Of a stretch of DNA of 64,000 bases, positions 49,660-59,850 are shown in pieces. The position numbers and the translations under genes were made by a program. Numbering within the stretch: the first letter of the stretch is position 1; every line of letters starts with the position of its first letter. The notes under the pieces were generated by a model. It ran no database searches and was not told the DNA's origin. It saw nothing but the letters and a program-made list of their open reading frames with translations. The DNA comes from Giardia intestinalis. Lineage: Eukaryota. The stretch is from NCBI GenBank assembly GCA_000002435.2, contig CM018791.1; one strand, 5' to 3'.

Positions 49660-49710
49660 ATTTACGCAAAATTAAATATTTAATATGAATGTCCTAAAGT
49701 TACATAATGC

Positions 49711-52700
49711 CTATTCACACAATTCTGTCGGTTTTTCCGAAAGGCCAGTGCTTCCGTAATTATTCCTAAGAGTCTCCATGAGCGTGTTCCGTGTTTCTAT
49801 CGCATTTGTTATTTCTAAAATTACTTTGTCCAACTTACTGGTCAATATGTCAGTGTCCGTTACGTTAGCGGAGATCATGAAGTCTTCTTTGGCGGGGCCG
49901 CTTAGCGAACACCCGCCCGCTTCGGAAAGCTCAAACATAGCTCTCTTTGCTGCCATATCTAAGTCTGGAAGCACAGGGATATTTGCTTGCTTTTGAGAGG
50001 CTCCATGTTGTGCCTTTACTGCAGCTAGTTCTTTCTTCAGTCGATCGATCTCACCAGTAGTTTCTCGCTTCATTAGTGTGTGTTCGGCCCGTAGCATTGC
50101 AAGCTCCGAAAGTAGGTTCTGTGCCTCTTCGTTCATCCCCTTTATCGTACGCTCAAGGGTGTTTTGGACACGGATCAGTTCCGTCTTTAAACGCTCGTTC
50201 TCTAGTTTGTCTCCTTTACCTGCAGACACAGCTGCTCGTCGTAGTCTTTCGTTTTCTGCACGTAGCTGAGAAATGACACTGCTCTGATCTAGAATTCGCC
50301 TATCAGAAAGCTTGTTTTTCTCCTGCGCACTCTTGAGCTGCAACTTAAGAGTCACCACACTGGCATCGTCTGTGCCTCCAGACATTTTCCGTAGAGCTTC
50401 TAGCTTATCATCTTTTTCGCTCAGCTGCCTCAGCAAATCTTGCCGCTCATTGTTCAATCTGATGTTGAGATCTGCCAGCGTCTTATTCTCATTCTCCATA
50501 GCGGCAATGATAGCGGTTGTTTCAGCCAACTGTGCAGCAGTAGCTTCTGCAACAATTGTACTTGATGATGATCGAGCTTCCGTCACTTCGGCCAACATTT
50601 TCTCCAGCTCTGCTTCAAACTCCTTCTTCTGCTCTTCAAGTGCTTTGGATAACTGTCGGACTTGCCGCTGCAGAGCTTCTATTTCCTGCTCATATTGTTC
50701 TCTTACTCGATCAATGTCTCGCTCGTACATCAGTGACGAAGTTGCCAGTATGCTTCTGCTCATGGAAGCAGACTCTTCCTTTCTTAATTCTTGAATCGTG
50801 TCTTGAGCAACAGAAAGCTCAGCTTCAGCATTTGCAAGCTTGGACAACAAAGCATCATAGTCCTTGCATTTATCGCAGATAGTTTCTTGTGGTCTAGCGG
50901 TAATCGGGAGAGCAGAGGTTGCTGCATGCGTTTCTAACATGTTTGCTCTTTCTTCTCTTAGCCTTGCTACGAGATTTCGAAGTTTGCTGATCTCCTGCTC
51001 GTGTGCTTCCTCGGTTTCGAGCAGTTCCGCTTGCAATCCTTGTATTTTAGACTTCAGACGCCGAACCTCAGCTTCATGTTCTTGTGACGCCAATTCTATG
51101 TCTGCTTTTGCTATGGAAATCTCTTTCCTGAGCTTGTGCACCTCTACTTCTGCTTCGCTAGCGAGGCTTGCTGAGGTAGCATGTTCATCGGTCCCAGGGA
51201 GGACGTCTTGGGACGTTGGGCCCGTACACCTTTCAATTACCTCTGAAACAGTTGAGGATCTAAGAGGAGAAGTGGAGCGATGAATGTTCTCCGTACTGTG
51301 AGGAGATAGCGAGCTACTCGTGAGTGTTGACGTTTGAAGACCCATCTCAATAGCCAGTTTAGATTCCCTTAGATTGCTGAGCGATGGATCTGGTTTTTGC
51401 TGCAATTTCGAGCCTTTCAGCGGCAATGTGCCGGAATTCTCTACGGAGAAGATCGCTGTATCTTCGCCAGCGTCAAGCTCGTTAGCATCCAGGAAGCTTG
51501 ACTGTTCACGACGTAGATCTGCTATAATAGAATCAAATGCTGTCTGAAGAGTTCTCTTTTCACGCAGCAACCCGTCTACGGTGATTTTTTCACGGCTGAA
51601 TATTCGTGCTACTTGAGATTGCAAGTCGATAATGTTATGCGTAATCGAGTCCATACTTTCTGTCTTTTCACGAATCATTTTTTCTACTGATGCCTTTAAG
51701 ACATAATATGTGTCGCGTGCCTTTCTGATACTGGGCTGGTCGTCATCGTGTATGCAGGTGTCCTGGTATAGACCACTTGATGGGACCCGATGAGACATTT
51801 CAAGAGCGGCAATTGTTTCTTGCATACACCGTATTTCGTCGTCCTTGGTCATTAGTTCTCCCTTCATAGCTTCTATCAATGCGTCACGTTCTTTGACAAC
51901 AGTGGTAGATATCTGCTGAATTTCCTCTCCGTGACGACTTATGCATTCAGTTAGGCTTTCTATGGTCTCTGTTTTTGTAATAATGGTATCAGACTGCTCT
52001 TTTAGTCGTTGCCGCAAGGTAAGAACCTCTTCGTTAAGCGAGTCTATCAATTTTTCTTGACTAGCCTGCGTCTTCATCAGCTCTTTGGTTATGCACTCCA
52101 TATTGTTGTAGTTATCACTGAGAACAGACTTTTCTTCCTCCAAGCGGATAACAGTGGCTTGAAGGAATGAAAGATCGGCGGTCTGGTCTGGCCTCATGGC
52201 GACCTGTAAACGAAGCTTGGCTGATTCAGAGGTGGTGTTAGGTGTAGTGCCAGACTTGTCTGTGTTAGTTACACTAACGGGAGAAGAGAGTGGCTGCTCA
52301 AGCTGCTGAGATAGCTTTCTGATCTGCTTTTCTTTTGCAAGAGCGTAGCGCGTTATGTTCCGCTTTAAGAGCTTGATGTCCTGAAAGGCCTTGTTAAGCT
52401 CAGGATTGTCTACCACCGCATCGCCACCTTCTTCCAAGGAGTGTGGTCTATCGATGGATTGTTCTGGCGAGCAAAGTGTGGCCTCTCTTCTCAGCGTCTG
52501 CGTAGTAGAGGCCGCTGTGCTATACTCTTGACTTTGATATTGGTCGTCTTCACAAAGTGTGCTGCCACAAATAGTGATCATACCAAGAAGCTCTTCTTCA
52601 ATAACCGTCAGATCAGAATATATATTGACTAGCTCGTAGTCATCACTATCACTGAGCTCCACATCCTCATATAAAACCCTGCTAGAGCCAGATTGTTCCA

Positions 52701-55473
52701 CCTTCACTACTCTTCTTGGGGCATCTACATACGGCTTACTATCAGGATCAGGAGCTGGAAATACGGGCAAGGGTAAGTCATCTTCTTCTAAGTGGGACGC
52801 TGTCCCATCATCGACACTCATAGAATACTGCCTACTCTCATCTACAGAGGCGTCGTCTGCATGGCTCTTGTGAAGGCTCCGTTGCAAGTGTGTACGCATA
52901 CTGGATGTGGAAGGAGACAACACTTGTCGCGGTGGTAGCCCAGTGCCAGCAGGAGAAGCGATGACCCCGCTTGTGATGGTAGCGCCATTAGCCTGTACCA
53001 GGGAGTTGATCTCTGCCTTTAGTAGATCAATCTCTTTGAGAAGCACGCTGTTATCCTTAGCTTGCTGCGCCATCTTACGAGTATTATTAGATACTGTCTT
53101 TTCATGCTGCTCTATCAGACGACTATAATTTGTAGACAAAATTTCCATCTGCTCCTTCAGAGACTTATATTTCTCCCATAGAGTAGTAAGCTCTTTATCT
53201 TTGGCTAGAATTGTAAGTTGTGCAATGTTAACATGTTCTTCTGTAATTACCAACTTATCCTTGAGCTTTTGTATCTCGAAGTCTTTGGCATCTTTAGCAT
53301 CAAGGAATTTGCGGGCTTTAGTGACAGCATCTCCTTCCCCGGGGTCTGAAGTCGAGAGCTCTGCGTCTGAGTGATCAACACTTGCCACAGAGCCCCGGCG
53401 ACTGGACGCTCTAGACTTTATGGTGCGGCTCTTCTTCAGGATCATTTGGCCACACATTCCTCGCTTTGAAAGTTTTTGAGAGCTCGTCACTTGTTCAGAT
53501 AACGCGTCTCCAGTCTCCAAAAGTTCTCCTCGAAGCTTAGTGATCTCACTTATAAGAGACTCTATATGAATCTTATGTGCGTTAATGCTATTTTCAGCCG
53601 AATCAAGTTGCAAGGCGAGGCCTGCTACGACTGCTGCAGTGGCGGGATCAAGAGATGCATAATCTTGTTGTGCAGGAGCCTTGATATTTCTTGCCCCTGC
53701 AAGTTCAAGGGTTAACCTAGCGATGATTTCTATCAATCTATCCCTACTCTCTTCCTGCAAGTTTCCAGTATCTGAAGTTGGTGCGAGTGCTGTTGATGTA
53801 CAAGAGGCGGTCTCAGCTGTGTAGAGGTCTGCCGGCTGTTCCGAACGATTAAATTGATGGTCACATATCATGGAATTTGAGGCACCCTTAACGGTTAGGA
53901 TCTCCTGGAGCTGCTTTTCTAATGCGGCAATACGCTTCCTACTAGTTTCATCTTCGGAGTCTCTAATACGTTCTGTTACCACTAAATCATTCGACGATTG
54001 CTCGAGTTTCTGTGTGAGGACAGCAATTTCTGATAAACGACTGGCAAGTTCATTTCGTGCTTGTTCTAAAAGTTCCTTCGTGGTATTCGCTTCTACCTCA
54101 ACGGCTTTCTTTTCACGTTGTAGGGCATGTACCTCTGCAGCTGAGCATTTGAGCTGTTCCTCCAATATAGTAAGGACCTGCTTGTGATTGGCTGCTTCAT
54201 TCTTAAATTCTATTGCCTTCTCACTCAGCTGAGACTCTGTTGCATGTAGCTTTGCCTCCAAAGAGGTGTTCTTGAGTGTAGCAGTCTGAAGCTCTTGCTG
54301 AGTATGAAGAACCTCCAAGCTAAGAGCGTCTAAACGAGCTCTATCTTCTGCAATTGTTTTGAATGCCCCCTTGAGGCGCTCTTCATATGTGCTCGTATTT
54401 GATTCTAAAAGCCGCTCCAGCTCCACCACCCGCATAGTGAGAGCATCTATATCCTTCTCCTTTGCATGATATTTAGTCATAAGGAGCTCGTATTCATTTT
54501 GCAGAGGTAGCTGGCTTTCAATCTCTGCCTTTAGGCGCTCAATTTCCCCGTCTTGCTGGGCTAGCAGAAGCTGGACGTTACTTTTCGCATTGATGATTTT
54601 GGTTTGCAGTCCGTCCACGTCAGCTAGTAGAGCTTCGTTTTGTTGTCTCAGACCGTCCCGTTCTTCTGTCAAACGAGCCACATCAGCAGAGCAGGTACAG
54701 ATTTTATCTTCCAAGCGAGCCATGTTCTCCTTGTACTCCTGCGCAATGGCCTCTATGTGCGCATCTTGCAGACGTGTTTGCTCCACATTGGCCGCATATA
54801 GCTTTTGAAGACCTTCCAGCTGTGTCCTCAGATCACTGACTTCTTTGCTTGACCCATCTGAGGCAGTCTGAGTAGCTACTAGGGCTTCCTTGAGTCGGCC
54901 CAGCTGAGACTGTAACTCAGTAATTTCACTGTTCTTTTCTACCATCTCCTGTGCCAAAGACTTTGCTGAGCTCTTGAATGTTCTATTTTCGGCTAAGGTT
55001 GCCTCTAACAAAACAACAAGATCTTGGAGCTCACCGCACTCTCTGTTAATGTTCCGCTCCATCCAAGACTCTGAAAGAAGACGTAACATGCTGTCGATTG
55101 CCTTGGACTCTTTCTTACCATACCCATCTGCGCTGCAAACCGTTTCGACAGTCCTGCTAATCTTTTTCAGCCGCTGTATGGTCGATTTAGATTTCTTAAG
55201 ATAGTTAATGAGCTGCTCATTCATAAGCATCAGCTCCAAGTATGCTTTCTCCAATCGTCTGAACTTTATTTCAGGAGCTTCTGTACTCCGCAGAATATCG
55301 GTCGCGTCAGTCATATTGAACTCCTCTGGAATTTCTCCTCCGTCCTCTTGGTGAAGTACAGCAGGGGACTCTTTGAGCGAAAATTCTGTGTGTGAATACA
55401 AGCTGTCTCGTTGCTGCACCCCACTTATAGTTGCGCCATTAGCTGTAACTTGCTCTTGAGTGGATATGCTCAT
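49711..55473 (-). CDS. Very long coiled-coil protein, about 1920 aa from ATG 55473 (the track ORF of 2006 aa starts at GTG 55731)
   Basis: Nearly continuous heptad-repeat sequence rich in E, K, L and Q (LEEQLKCSAAEVHALQREKKAVEVEANTTKELLEQARNELASRL...). The GTG-initiated N-terminal extension at 55474..55731 is a low-complexity read-through into the neighbouring GC-rich island. ATG 55473 (MSISTQEQV) leaves a 108-bp divergent spacer. Stop is at 49711-49713. Confidence 0.78.
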   Translation of the reverse strand: MSISTQEQVTANGATISGVQQRDSLYSHTEFSLKESPAVLHQEDGGEIPEEFNMTDATDILRSTEAPEIKFRRLEKAYLELMLMNEQLINYLKKSKSTIQRLKKISRTVETVCSADGYGKKESKAIDSMLRLLSESWMERNINRECGELQDLVVLLEATLAENRTFKSSAKSLAQEMVEKNSEITELQSQLGRLKEALVATQTASDGSSKEVSDLRTQLEGLQKLYAANVEQTRLQDAHIEAIAQEYKENMARLEDKICTCSADVARLTEERDGLRQQNEALLADVDGLQTKIINAKSNVQLLLAQQDGEIERLKAEIESQLPLQNEYELLMTKYHAKEKDIDALTMRVVELERLLESNTSTYEERLKGAFKTIAEDRARLDALSLEVLHTQQELQTATLKNTSLEAKLHATESQLSEKAIEFKNEAANHKQVLTILEEQLKCSAAEVHALQREKKAVEVEANTTKELLEQARNELASRLSEIAVLTQKLEQSSNDLVVTERIRDSEDETSRKRIAALEKQLQEILTVKGASNSMICDHQFNRSEQPADLYTAETASCTSTALAPTSDTGNLQEESRDRLIEIIARLTLELAGARNIKAPAQQDYASLDPATAAVVAGLALQLDSAENSINAHKIHIESLISEITKLRGELLETGDALSEQVTSSQKLSKRGMCGQMILKKSRTIKSRASSRRGSVASVDHSDAELSTSDPGEGDAVTKARKFLDAKDAKDFEIQKLKDKLVITEEHVNIAQLTILAKDKELTTLWEKYKSLKEQMEILSTNYSRLIEQHEKTVSNNTRKMAQQAKDNSVLLKEIDLLKAEINSLVQANGATITSGVIASPAGTGLPPRQVLSPSTSSMRTHLQRSLHKSHADDASVDESRQYSMSVDDGTASHLEEDDLPLPVFPAPDPDSKPYVDAPRRVVKVEQSGSSRVLYEDVELSDSDDYELVNIYSDLTVIEEELLGMITICGSTLCEDDQYQSQEYSTAASTTQTLRREATLCSPEQSIDRPHSLEEGGDAVVDNPELNKAFQDIKLLKRNITRYALAKEKQIRKLSQQLEQPLSSPVSVTNTDKSGTTPNTTSESAKLRLQVAMRPDQTADLSFLQATVIRLEEEKSVLSDNYNNMECITKELMKTQASQEKLIDSLNEEVLTLRQRLKEQSDTIITKTETIESLTECISRHGEEIQQISTTVVKERDALIEAMKGELMTKDDEIRCMQETIAALEMSHRVPSSGLYQDTCIHDDDQPSIRKARDTYYVLKASVEKMIREKTESMDSITHNIIDLQSQVARIFSREKITVDGLLREKRTLQTAFDSIIADLRREQSSFLDANELDAGEDTAIFSVENSGTLPLKGSKLQQKPDPSLSNLRESKLAIEMGLQTSTLTSSSLSPHSTENIHRSTSPLRSSTVSEVIERCTGPTSQDVLPGTDEHATSASLASEAEVEVHKLRKEISIAKADIELASQEHEAEVRRLKSKIQGLQAELLETEEAHEQEISKLRNLVARLREERANMLETHAATSALPITARPQETICDKCKDYDALLSKLANAEAELSVAQDTIQELRKEESASMSRSILATSSLMYERDIDRVREQYEQEIEALQRQVRQLSKALEEQKKEFEAELEKMLAEVTEARSSSSTIVAEATAAQLAETTAIIAAMENENKTLADLNIRLNNERQDLLRQLSEKDDKLEALRKMSGGTDDASVVTLKLQLKSAQEKNKLSDRRILDQSSVISQLRAENERLRRAAVSAGKGDKLENERLKTELIRVQNTLERTIKGMNEEAQNLLSELAMLRAEHTLMKRETTGEIDRLKKELAAVKAQHGASQKQANIPVLPDLDMAAKRAMFELSEAGGCSLSGPAKEDFMISANVTDTDILTSKLDKVILEITNAIETRNTLMETLRNNYGSTGLSEKPTELCE

Positions 55474-55581
55474 TGAAGCAGATTTTGTATTTTTGAGACG
55501 GTTCACCGGCTGCCAGCCCAGTAAATATTTGGTGCAGGCAGCAGCCGGCCGTTTACTGACCTCGGCCCTACGGGTGGACAG

Positions 55582-56736
55582 GTGCGGCATCGCTCGCTGC
55601 CACAGGGCCGGCAGGAGCGGCCTCTCCGCGGGCCGTCCGATCGATCGCCCGGGCGTCCAAAAACGGAATTCGTGGGCGGCGGTGGCAGTCGCGCGTCCAG
55701 CCCCCTGCACTTCGCCCTCAGGGAACTCCACGAGCGACTGGATAGCGTGCCTAATGAAAGCGTCGCAGGTGTAGTCTACTCCCTCAAGGGATATCCGAGC
55801 CTTGCCCTGAAGGAGATCCTCCTCGACGGCTTAGATAAGAACAGTGCAGATGCCATCAGACTAGAGCTGACCGCCCTTCTCGACCTCTCCCATCCGGGGG
55901 TCCTCAGGCACCACCAAGTAGTCGAGGACGAAGGTCTCATCTATGTCGTCATAGACCGGCACGACAAGACCCTCGAGCGCCTCCTCACCGAGCACAAACG
56001 AAGGAAGACTCTCATCCCTATCGCTGTGATCCTCTCCGTCCTGAGGCAGGTCGCTGCCGCCCTCGCCTATCTCTACGGCCTCAGTGGGATAGGTACTAGG
56101 GGGCTCGTCCACCGCGACCTCAGGCCTGCCAGCATCCTCGTCAGCGCAGACGGAGAGCGCTTCATCATCGCCGACTTCGGCCTCTGCAAGGACGCCCTGT
56201 GGAGTGGGAGCACTCTCATGGGAATAATGGCATACATGGCCCCCGAGGCGCTCCTTCACAACGAGGCCAGCCCCGCCTCCGACGTGTGGAGCCTCGGGGT
56301 CATCCTCTACGAGCTTACTACTCTAAGGAAACCGGACTTCCTAGAAGGTAAAGTCCCAGCAGAGGTCTTCGTCGATGGGTGGAGGCCGGACCTGAGCGAT
56401 GTCACTGATGGCTTCATGCAGAATGTTCTGGAGAGGATATTCGTGCTGGAGCCAGAGAGGAGGCCGACGGCCAGGGAGCTGCACGAGACGCTCGCTACAT
56501 TCGACATCCCAGTTAGTGAGCTGGGGGGTCAGTGCGTGATGCTGAGGTACAAGTGCGGCGCCTTGGAGACTACTCTGAACAGTGCTAACGCCAGGATTAC
56601 ACTTCTGGAGGAGGATGCCAAGACCAAGCTGGACAGGATTACTACTCTTGAGGCGGCCCTCGACGCCAGGTCTGCTGAGACTGCCTCTCTTAAGGGCACT
56701 CTCGAGGATCAGGGTAAAGGGCATCTGGCCACGTGA
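55582..56736 (+). CDS. NEK-like protein kinase domain plus a short coiled coil in a GC-rich ORF. It has no ATG before the catalytic core and is possibly a pseudogene.
   Basis: The ORF opens after TAA at 55522 and the track starts it at GTG 55582. The first in-frame ATG is at residue ~213, inside the activation segment (LMGIMAYMAPE). It encodes a beta3 LALKEI, then HRDLRPASILV, DFGLC and APE, followed by a C-terminal coiled coil. GC3 is far higher than in the neighbouring genes. TGA at 56737-56739 is followed in the same frame by ankyrin-like sequence. Confidence 0.45.
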   Translation: MRHRSLPQGRQERPLRGPSDRSPGRPKTEFVGGGGSRASSPLHFALRELHERLDSVPNESVAGVVYSLKGYPSLALKEILLDGLDKNSADAIRLELTALLDLSHPGVLRHHQVVEDEGLIYVVIDRHDKTLERLLTEHKRRKTLIPIAVILSVLRQVAAALAYLYGLSGIGTRGLVHRDLRPASILVSADGERFIIADFGLCKDALWSGSTLMGIMAYMAPEALLHNEASPASDVWSLGVILYELTTLRKPDFLEGKVPAEVFVDGWRPDLSDVTDGFMQNVLERIFVLEPERRPTARELHETLATFDIPVSELGGQCVMLRYKCGALETTLNSANARITLLEEDAKTKLDRITTLEAALDARSAETASLKGTLEDQGKGHLAT

Positions 56737-56739
56737 AGG

Positions 56740-57170
56740 CTAGAGGCCAAGGTCATGCAGCTTAGTGACAGGATGGAGCGGCCGACCCCTGCAGTCTTCC
56801 TCAGGCTGATGCGCGCTGCACACAAACAACACAGAGACCGTCCGGACACTACTTGAAGAGGGATTGGCATCAGCAAACGTGACGAGTAGGGGGTGACGGC
56901 CTCATGCACGCGCCCACGGGAACCGCCCCAGGGTGGCCCGGATCCCCGCCCCGCAGAGCACGAGAGAGGGCGCCGACGGCCGCAGGGCCCTGCTGCTCGC
57001 TGCGCAGGCGGGGAACAAGGACGTTGCGGAGCTCCTCGCGGAGGGGCGACCCCAGCCGGTGAGCCAGAGGCCGACAGCTGCCGCCGCGACAGGTGGGAGC
57101 TTTGTTGAAAAGGGTTGCGGAGACCCGCGCCCACCAGGACGGCATACCATGACGCGAGTCCGTGGGTAAG
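56740..57170 (+). pseudogene. Ankyrin-repeat remnants downstream of the kinase ORF. Putative decayed 3' part of a NEK-ankyrin gene.
   Basis: After the TGA, the same frame continues as ..PAVFLRLMRAAHKQH.. until another stop. A second + frame (56933..57169) encodes GRRALLLAAQAGNKDVAELLAEG, a good ankyrin-repeat match. The fragments are split across frames by stops and shifts, and all six frames are open here because GC is about 65-70%. Confidence 0.3.
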
Positions 57171-57398
57171 CTAGGCCCTGGACGCGCACACCCGGCTGAG
57201 CACACGCCACACGGAGCGACCGAGGAGTGCAAGAGATCCCCGGTATGCAAGCGGAGAGAAGTCCCTTATGGCAATCAGCGACCAGCCCTCGCCTTCGGAC
57301 GGCCAGGACTGAGTGAGACGCCCGCTGGCTGGGCTGGGCATGGCCGGCGAGTGGAGTGAATCATAGAGAGAGCAAATTAGCCGAACCTATTCCATACT

Positions 57399-59804
57399 TT
57401 ACTCTTGGGATGCATAGAACGCCTCCCGTTCTGTAGATTCTTCAATGAGCTGCTTGATATTCTGCATATCTATCTGGAGATCCTCTAAAGAATGCGTGTC
57501 TATCCTTGGCTGAGTCGAGTCTGATAGCTCAGAATCGTCACAGAGAGAGTCGAACCTCTCATGAAATCCTGTTTGAGTGGTTTGTACTTCATGTAATGTG
57601 GCTTTTTGATGATGCGGTGGAAAGTTCCGTTGAACAGGGCTTTGTACCAAAGTTTCATCGTTAGCCTTCACAGATTGTTTAGTAAATGTAGTTGATGCGG
57701 TCTTCAATTGCTTAGGCTTTGCTTCATTAAGGGGATTTTTTGGGAGTTCAACAGAATAATTGGATAGACTAGATAGTGCCTCATAGGTGTATGTTTGATG
57801 AGGTTGCGCCTCAACCAAATCAGCAGGTTTTTTGGTCTCTTCCAACTCTAGCTTTAAAAGGGTGAGCTCCATCGTGGAATCCTCAAGCTCTGCGGACTTC
57901 AGTTTGAGTTGCTCAGTAAGCTCCTTGATTCGTTGCTCGGCTGCAACTGTCTCTGTTATTCGCTGCTTAAGGGCGTTGTTAGTTTGGTTAAGAGCGATCT
58001 CCAGCTCGGTGATTAGAGCATGATCCTCAGTTCGCTGGTCCTTATTAATATCAGATGCGAGCAAAATAGTTTGAACAGCTTCAGAATAGGAAAGTGGCTG
58101 GGCGTCGATCTCTCTATCTATGAGAGGAACGCCGCCGATTAATGGAGCAGTAGAAAGTGTTGATAACCCGATGGATTCCACCAAGGGGATGACTCGGCTA
58201 CTAGTTTCCGAAATTGCGCACTCGCCTATGGCTGCCAATTCTGCAGCGGCGTTCTCAGCGACAGCTGAGGCCAAGGACTTCCCTTGAAGAGTTGACAGAA
58301 GGTCTATAACGGTTTTATACTCTTGTCGCAACTCATTGTATTCGAACTGTAGTTGGTTCAGACGAAGACCTAATTGCTGATTCTCTTCTTTTAATTCATC
58401 AGCTCTCAACTCCATCTCGTGCTCCTTTATCATCTCTGCCGACCGCTCTCTGTCTCTGCTTTCAACATACTCTTGCTCTAATTTAAGCCGTGTGTTCCGT
58501 TCATTGTCTGCTTCCTCCCTTGCTGACTCTAGTGAATCGTGCGTTTCACAAAGCAAACGTTGTAGCTCCTCTAATCTGAACTGTCGCTCTTCGGTTAACT
58601 CTCGCAATTGAACAAGCTCTGTATAAATTTGATTTTTTTCGTAGTCAGATTGCTGAATCATGATCAGCGCTTGACTCTGAACCTGCTCCAGCTCAAGTTT
58701 GAGCTGAGCAATCTCGTGCTCAAAATTAAGCCTCAGAGCTTGTAGCGCACTCCCATCTGTCTGTCGCAAGGATTCCTGAAGCTGCGAGATCACCATGTCG
58801 TCTGTGGTCAGGTCGTATTCAATGTTCGGATTGTTATGCACGGTGGATACTACTCGCGTGGCAAGACTGGAAGAAGCTGGGGTCTCCAAGGCCCCAGTCC
58901 GCTTTGACTCCTCCAAATCAAACGTTACACGAGCAGATCCTAATGGCTTCTTAGGAGGGGGCTTTAGGACAAATTGTGCAGATGAGTCCTTATTGTCAAA
59001 AGCAGAAAGATGCAATGTTTCTTGTAACACGGTAAGGGCTTCTGTCTGCACTTCCTTTGGAACTAGGCTACAAGGCTTTACTGCGACTAATTCGTCCCTC
59101 AGTTTTCTCAATTCCCTGTGGTGTACAGCTTCTTGCTCCTGTAACTGCGACTGTAAGGAGGATATCTCTTCACGATATGTATCTGCCACTAGCTGAATTT
59201 CCCTCTCCTTGCTTCTTTCCAAACTTTGGATCTCCTTCGTAAGAACATTGACCTGAGTCTGTAGCGCTGACCGCTCTTCGTCCCGCTGAGCAACCAGAGC
59301 ATTTAGGCGCTGATTCTCAGCGTAATACTGTTGCAATAAATGCTGTAGCTCCACAGTTGGCATCATGCCCTGGCTCAGCTGCTGCCGATATACAGCGTTT
59401 TGGCCTAAGATGGTATCCAGAGCCATCAGCATATCTTCCCCTGTTAGCTGAGAGGCTGGGTTCATACTCCGCGTCACGTTAGCGAGAATCAGCAAGATCT
59501 TCTGGAAACTTTCCCCAGAGGGGTCCTGGGCATCTGCACCAATTTGTGCATAATTCCAAGACTGCTCTTGTGCGCTCTGGGTTTTCATAGAATAAGGAGC
59601 ATCTCGATAGTCTGTGGCATATAACAAGTCCGGAGGAACATTTCCCTCTATCAATCCTATTGAACTTATATCCGCCATCTCTGACGGAAATGGGGCTGGC
59701 TCTGCAGCAAGCCCAGGCACCGGGATGTGTAGAGGCGTTGCGTCCATGGAGGAGCGGTAGTCTGTGCTTGGCTGCATCCAGACACCAACAAGAATTTTAC
59801 TCAT
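57399..59804 (-). CDS. Coiled-coil protein, 801 aa
   Basis: ATG at 59804. The first ~150 aa are non-helical. Long heptad-repeat regions follow (LQQYYAENQRLNALVAQRDEERSALQTQVNVLTKEIQSLERSKEREIQL.., LELEQVQSQALIMIQQSDYEKNQIYTELVQLRELTEERQFRLEELQRLL). Confidence 0.8.
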   Translation of the reverse strand: MSKILVGVWMQPSTDYRSSMDATPLHIPVPGLAAEPAPFPSEMADISSIGLIEGNVPPDLLYATDYRDAPYSMKTQSAQEQSWNYAQIGADAQDPSGESFQKILLILANVTRSMNPASQLTGEDMLMALDTILGQNAVYRQQLSQGMMPTVELQHLLQQYYAENQRLNALVAQRDEERSALQTQVNVLTKEIQSLERSKEREIQLVADTYREEISSLQSQLQEQEAVHHRELRKLRDELVAVKPCSLVPKEVQTEALTVLQETLHLSAFDNKDSSAQFVLKPPPKKPLGSARVTFDLEESKRTGALETPASSSLATRVVSTVHNNPNIEYDLTTDDMVISQLQESLRQTDGSALQALRLNFEHEIAQLKLELEQVQSQALIMIQQSDYEKNQIYTELVQLRELTEERQFRLEELQRLLCETHDSLESAREEADNERNTRLKLEQEYVESRDRERSAEMIKEHEMELRADELKEENQQLGLRLNQLQFEYNELRQEYKTVIDLLSTLQGKSLASAVAENAAAELAAIGECAISETSSRVIPLVESIGLSTLSTAPLIGGVPLIDREIDAQPLSYSEAVQTILLASDINKDQRTEDHALITELEIALNQTNNALKQRITETVAAEQRIKELTEQLKLKSAELEDSTMELTLLKLELEETKKPADLVEAQPHQTYTYEALSSLSNYSVELPKNPLNEAKPKQLKTASTTFTKQSVKANDETLVQSPVQRNFPPHHQKATLHEVQTTQTGFHERFDSLCDDSELSDSTQPRIDTHSLEDLQIDMQNIKQLIEESTEREAFYASQE

Positions 59805-59815
59805 AGATGGTTAGC

Positions 59816-59841
59816 ATTCCTCTCAGCAATTCCTCTCAGCA
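59816..59841. repeat. Perfect 13-bp tandem duplication (attcctctcagca x2) in the 46-bp spacer upstream of the 801-aa coiled-coil gene
   Basis: Direct reading gives attcctctcagca at 59816-59828 and again at 59829-59841. It sits 12 bp upstream of ATG 59804 on the minus strand. Confidence 0.9.
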
Positions 59842-59850
59842 ACGCAAAGA

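Noticed and set aside
55474-55731. GTG-initiated N-terminal extension of the 2006-aa coiled-coil ORF
   Set aside because: The extension is low-complexity, GC-rich sequence that overlaps the divergent kinase ORF. ATG 55473 gives a sensible start and a 108-bp spacer.
55861-57250. Multiple overlapping 60-141 aa ORFs on both strands in the GC-rich island
   Set aside because: High GC depletes stop codons in all six frames. None has a domain signature apart from the ankyrin fragments, which I treat as pseudogene remnants.
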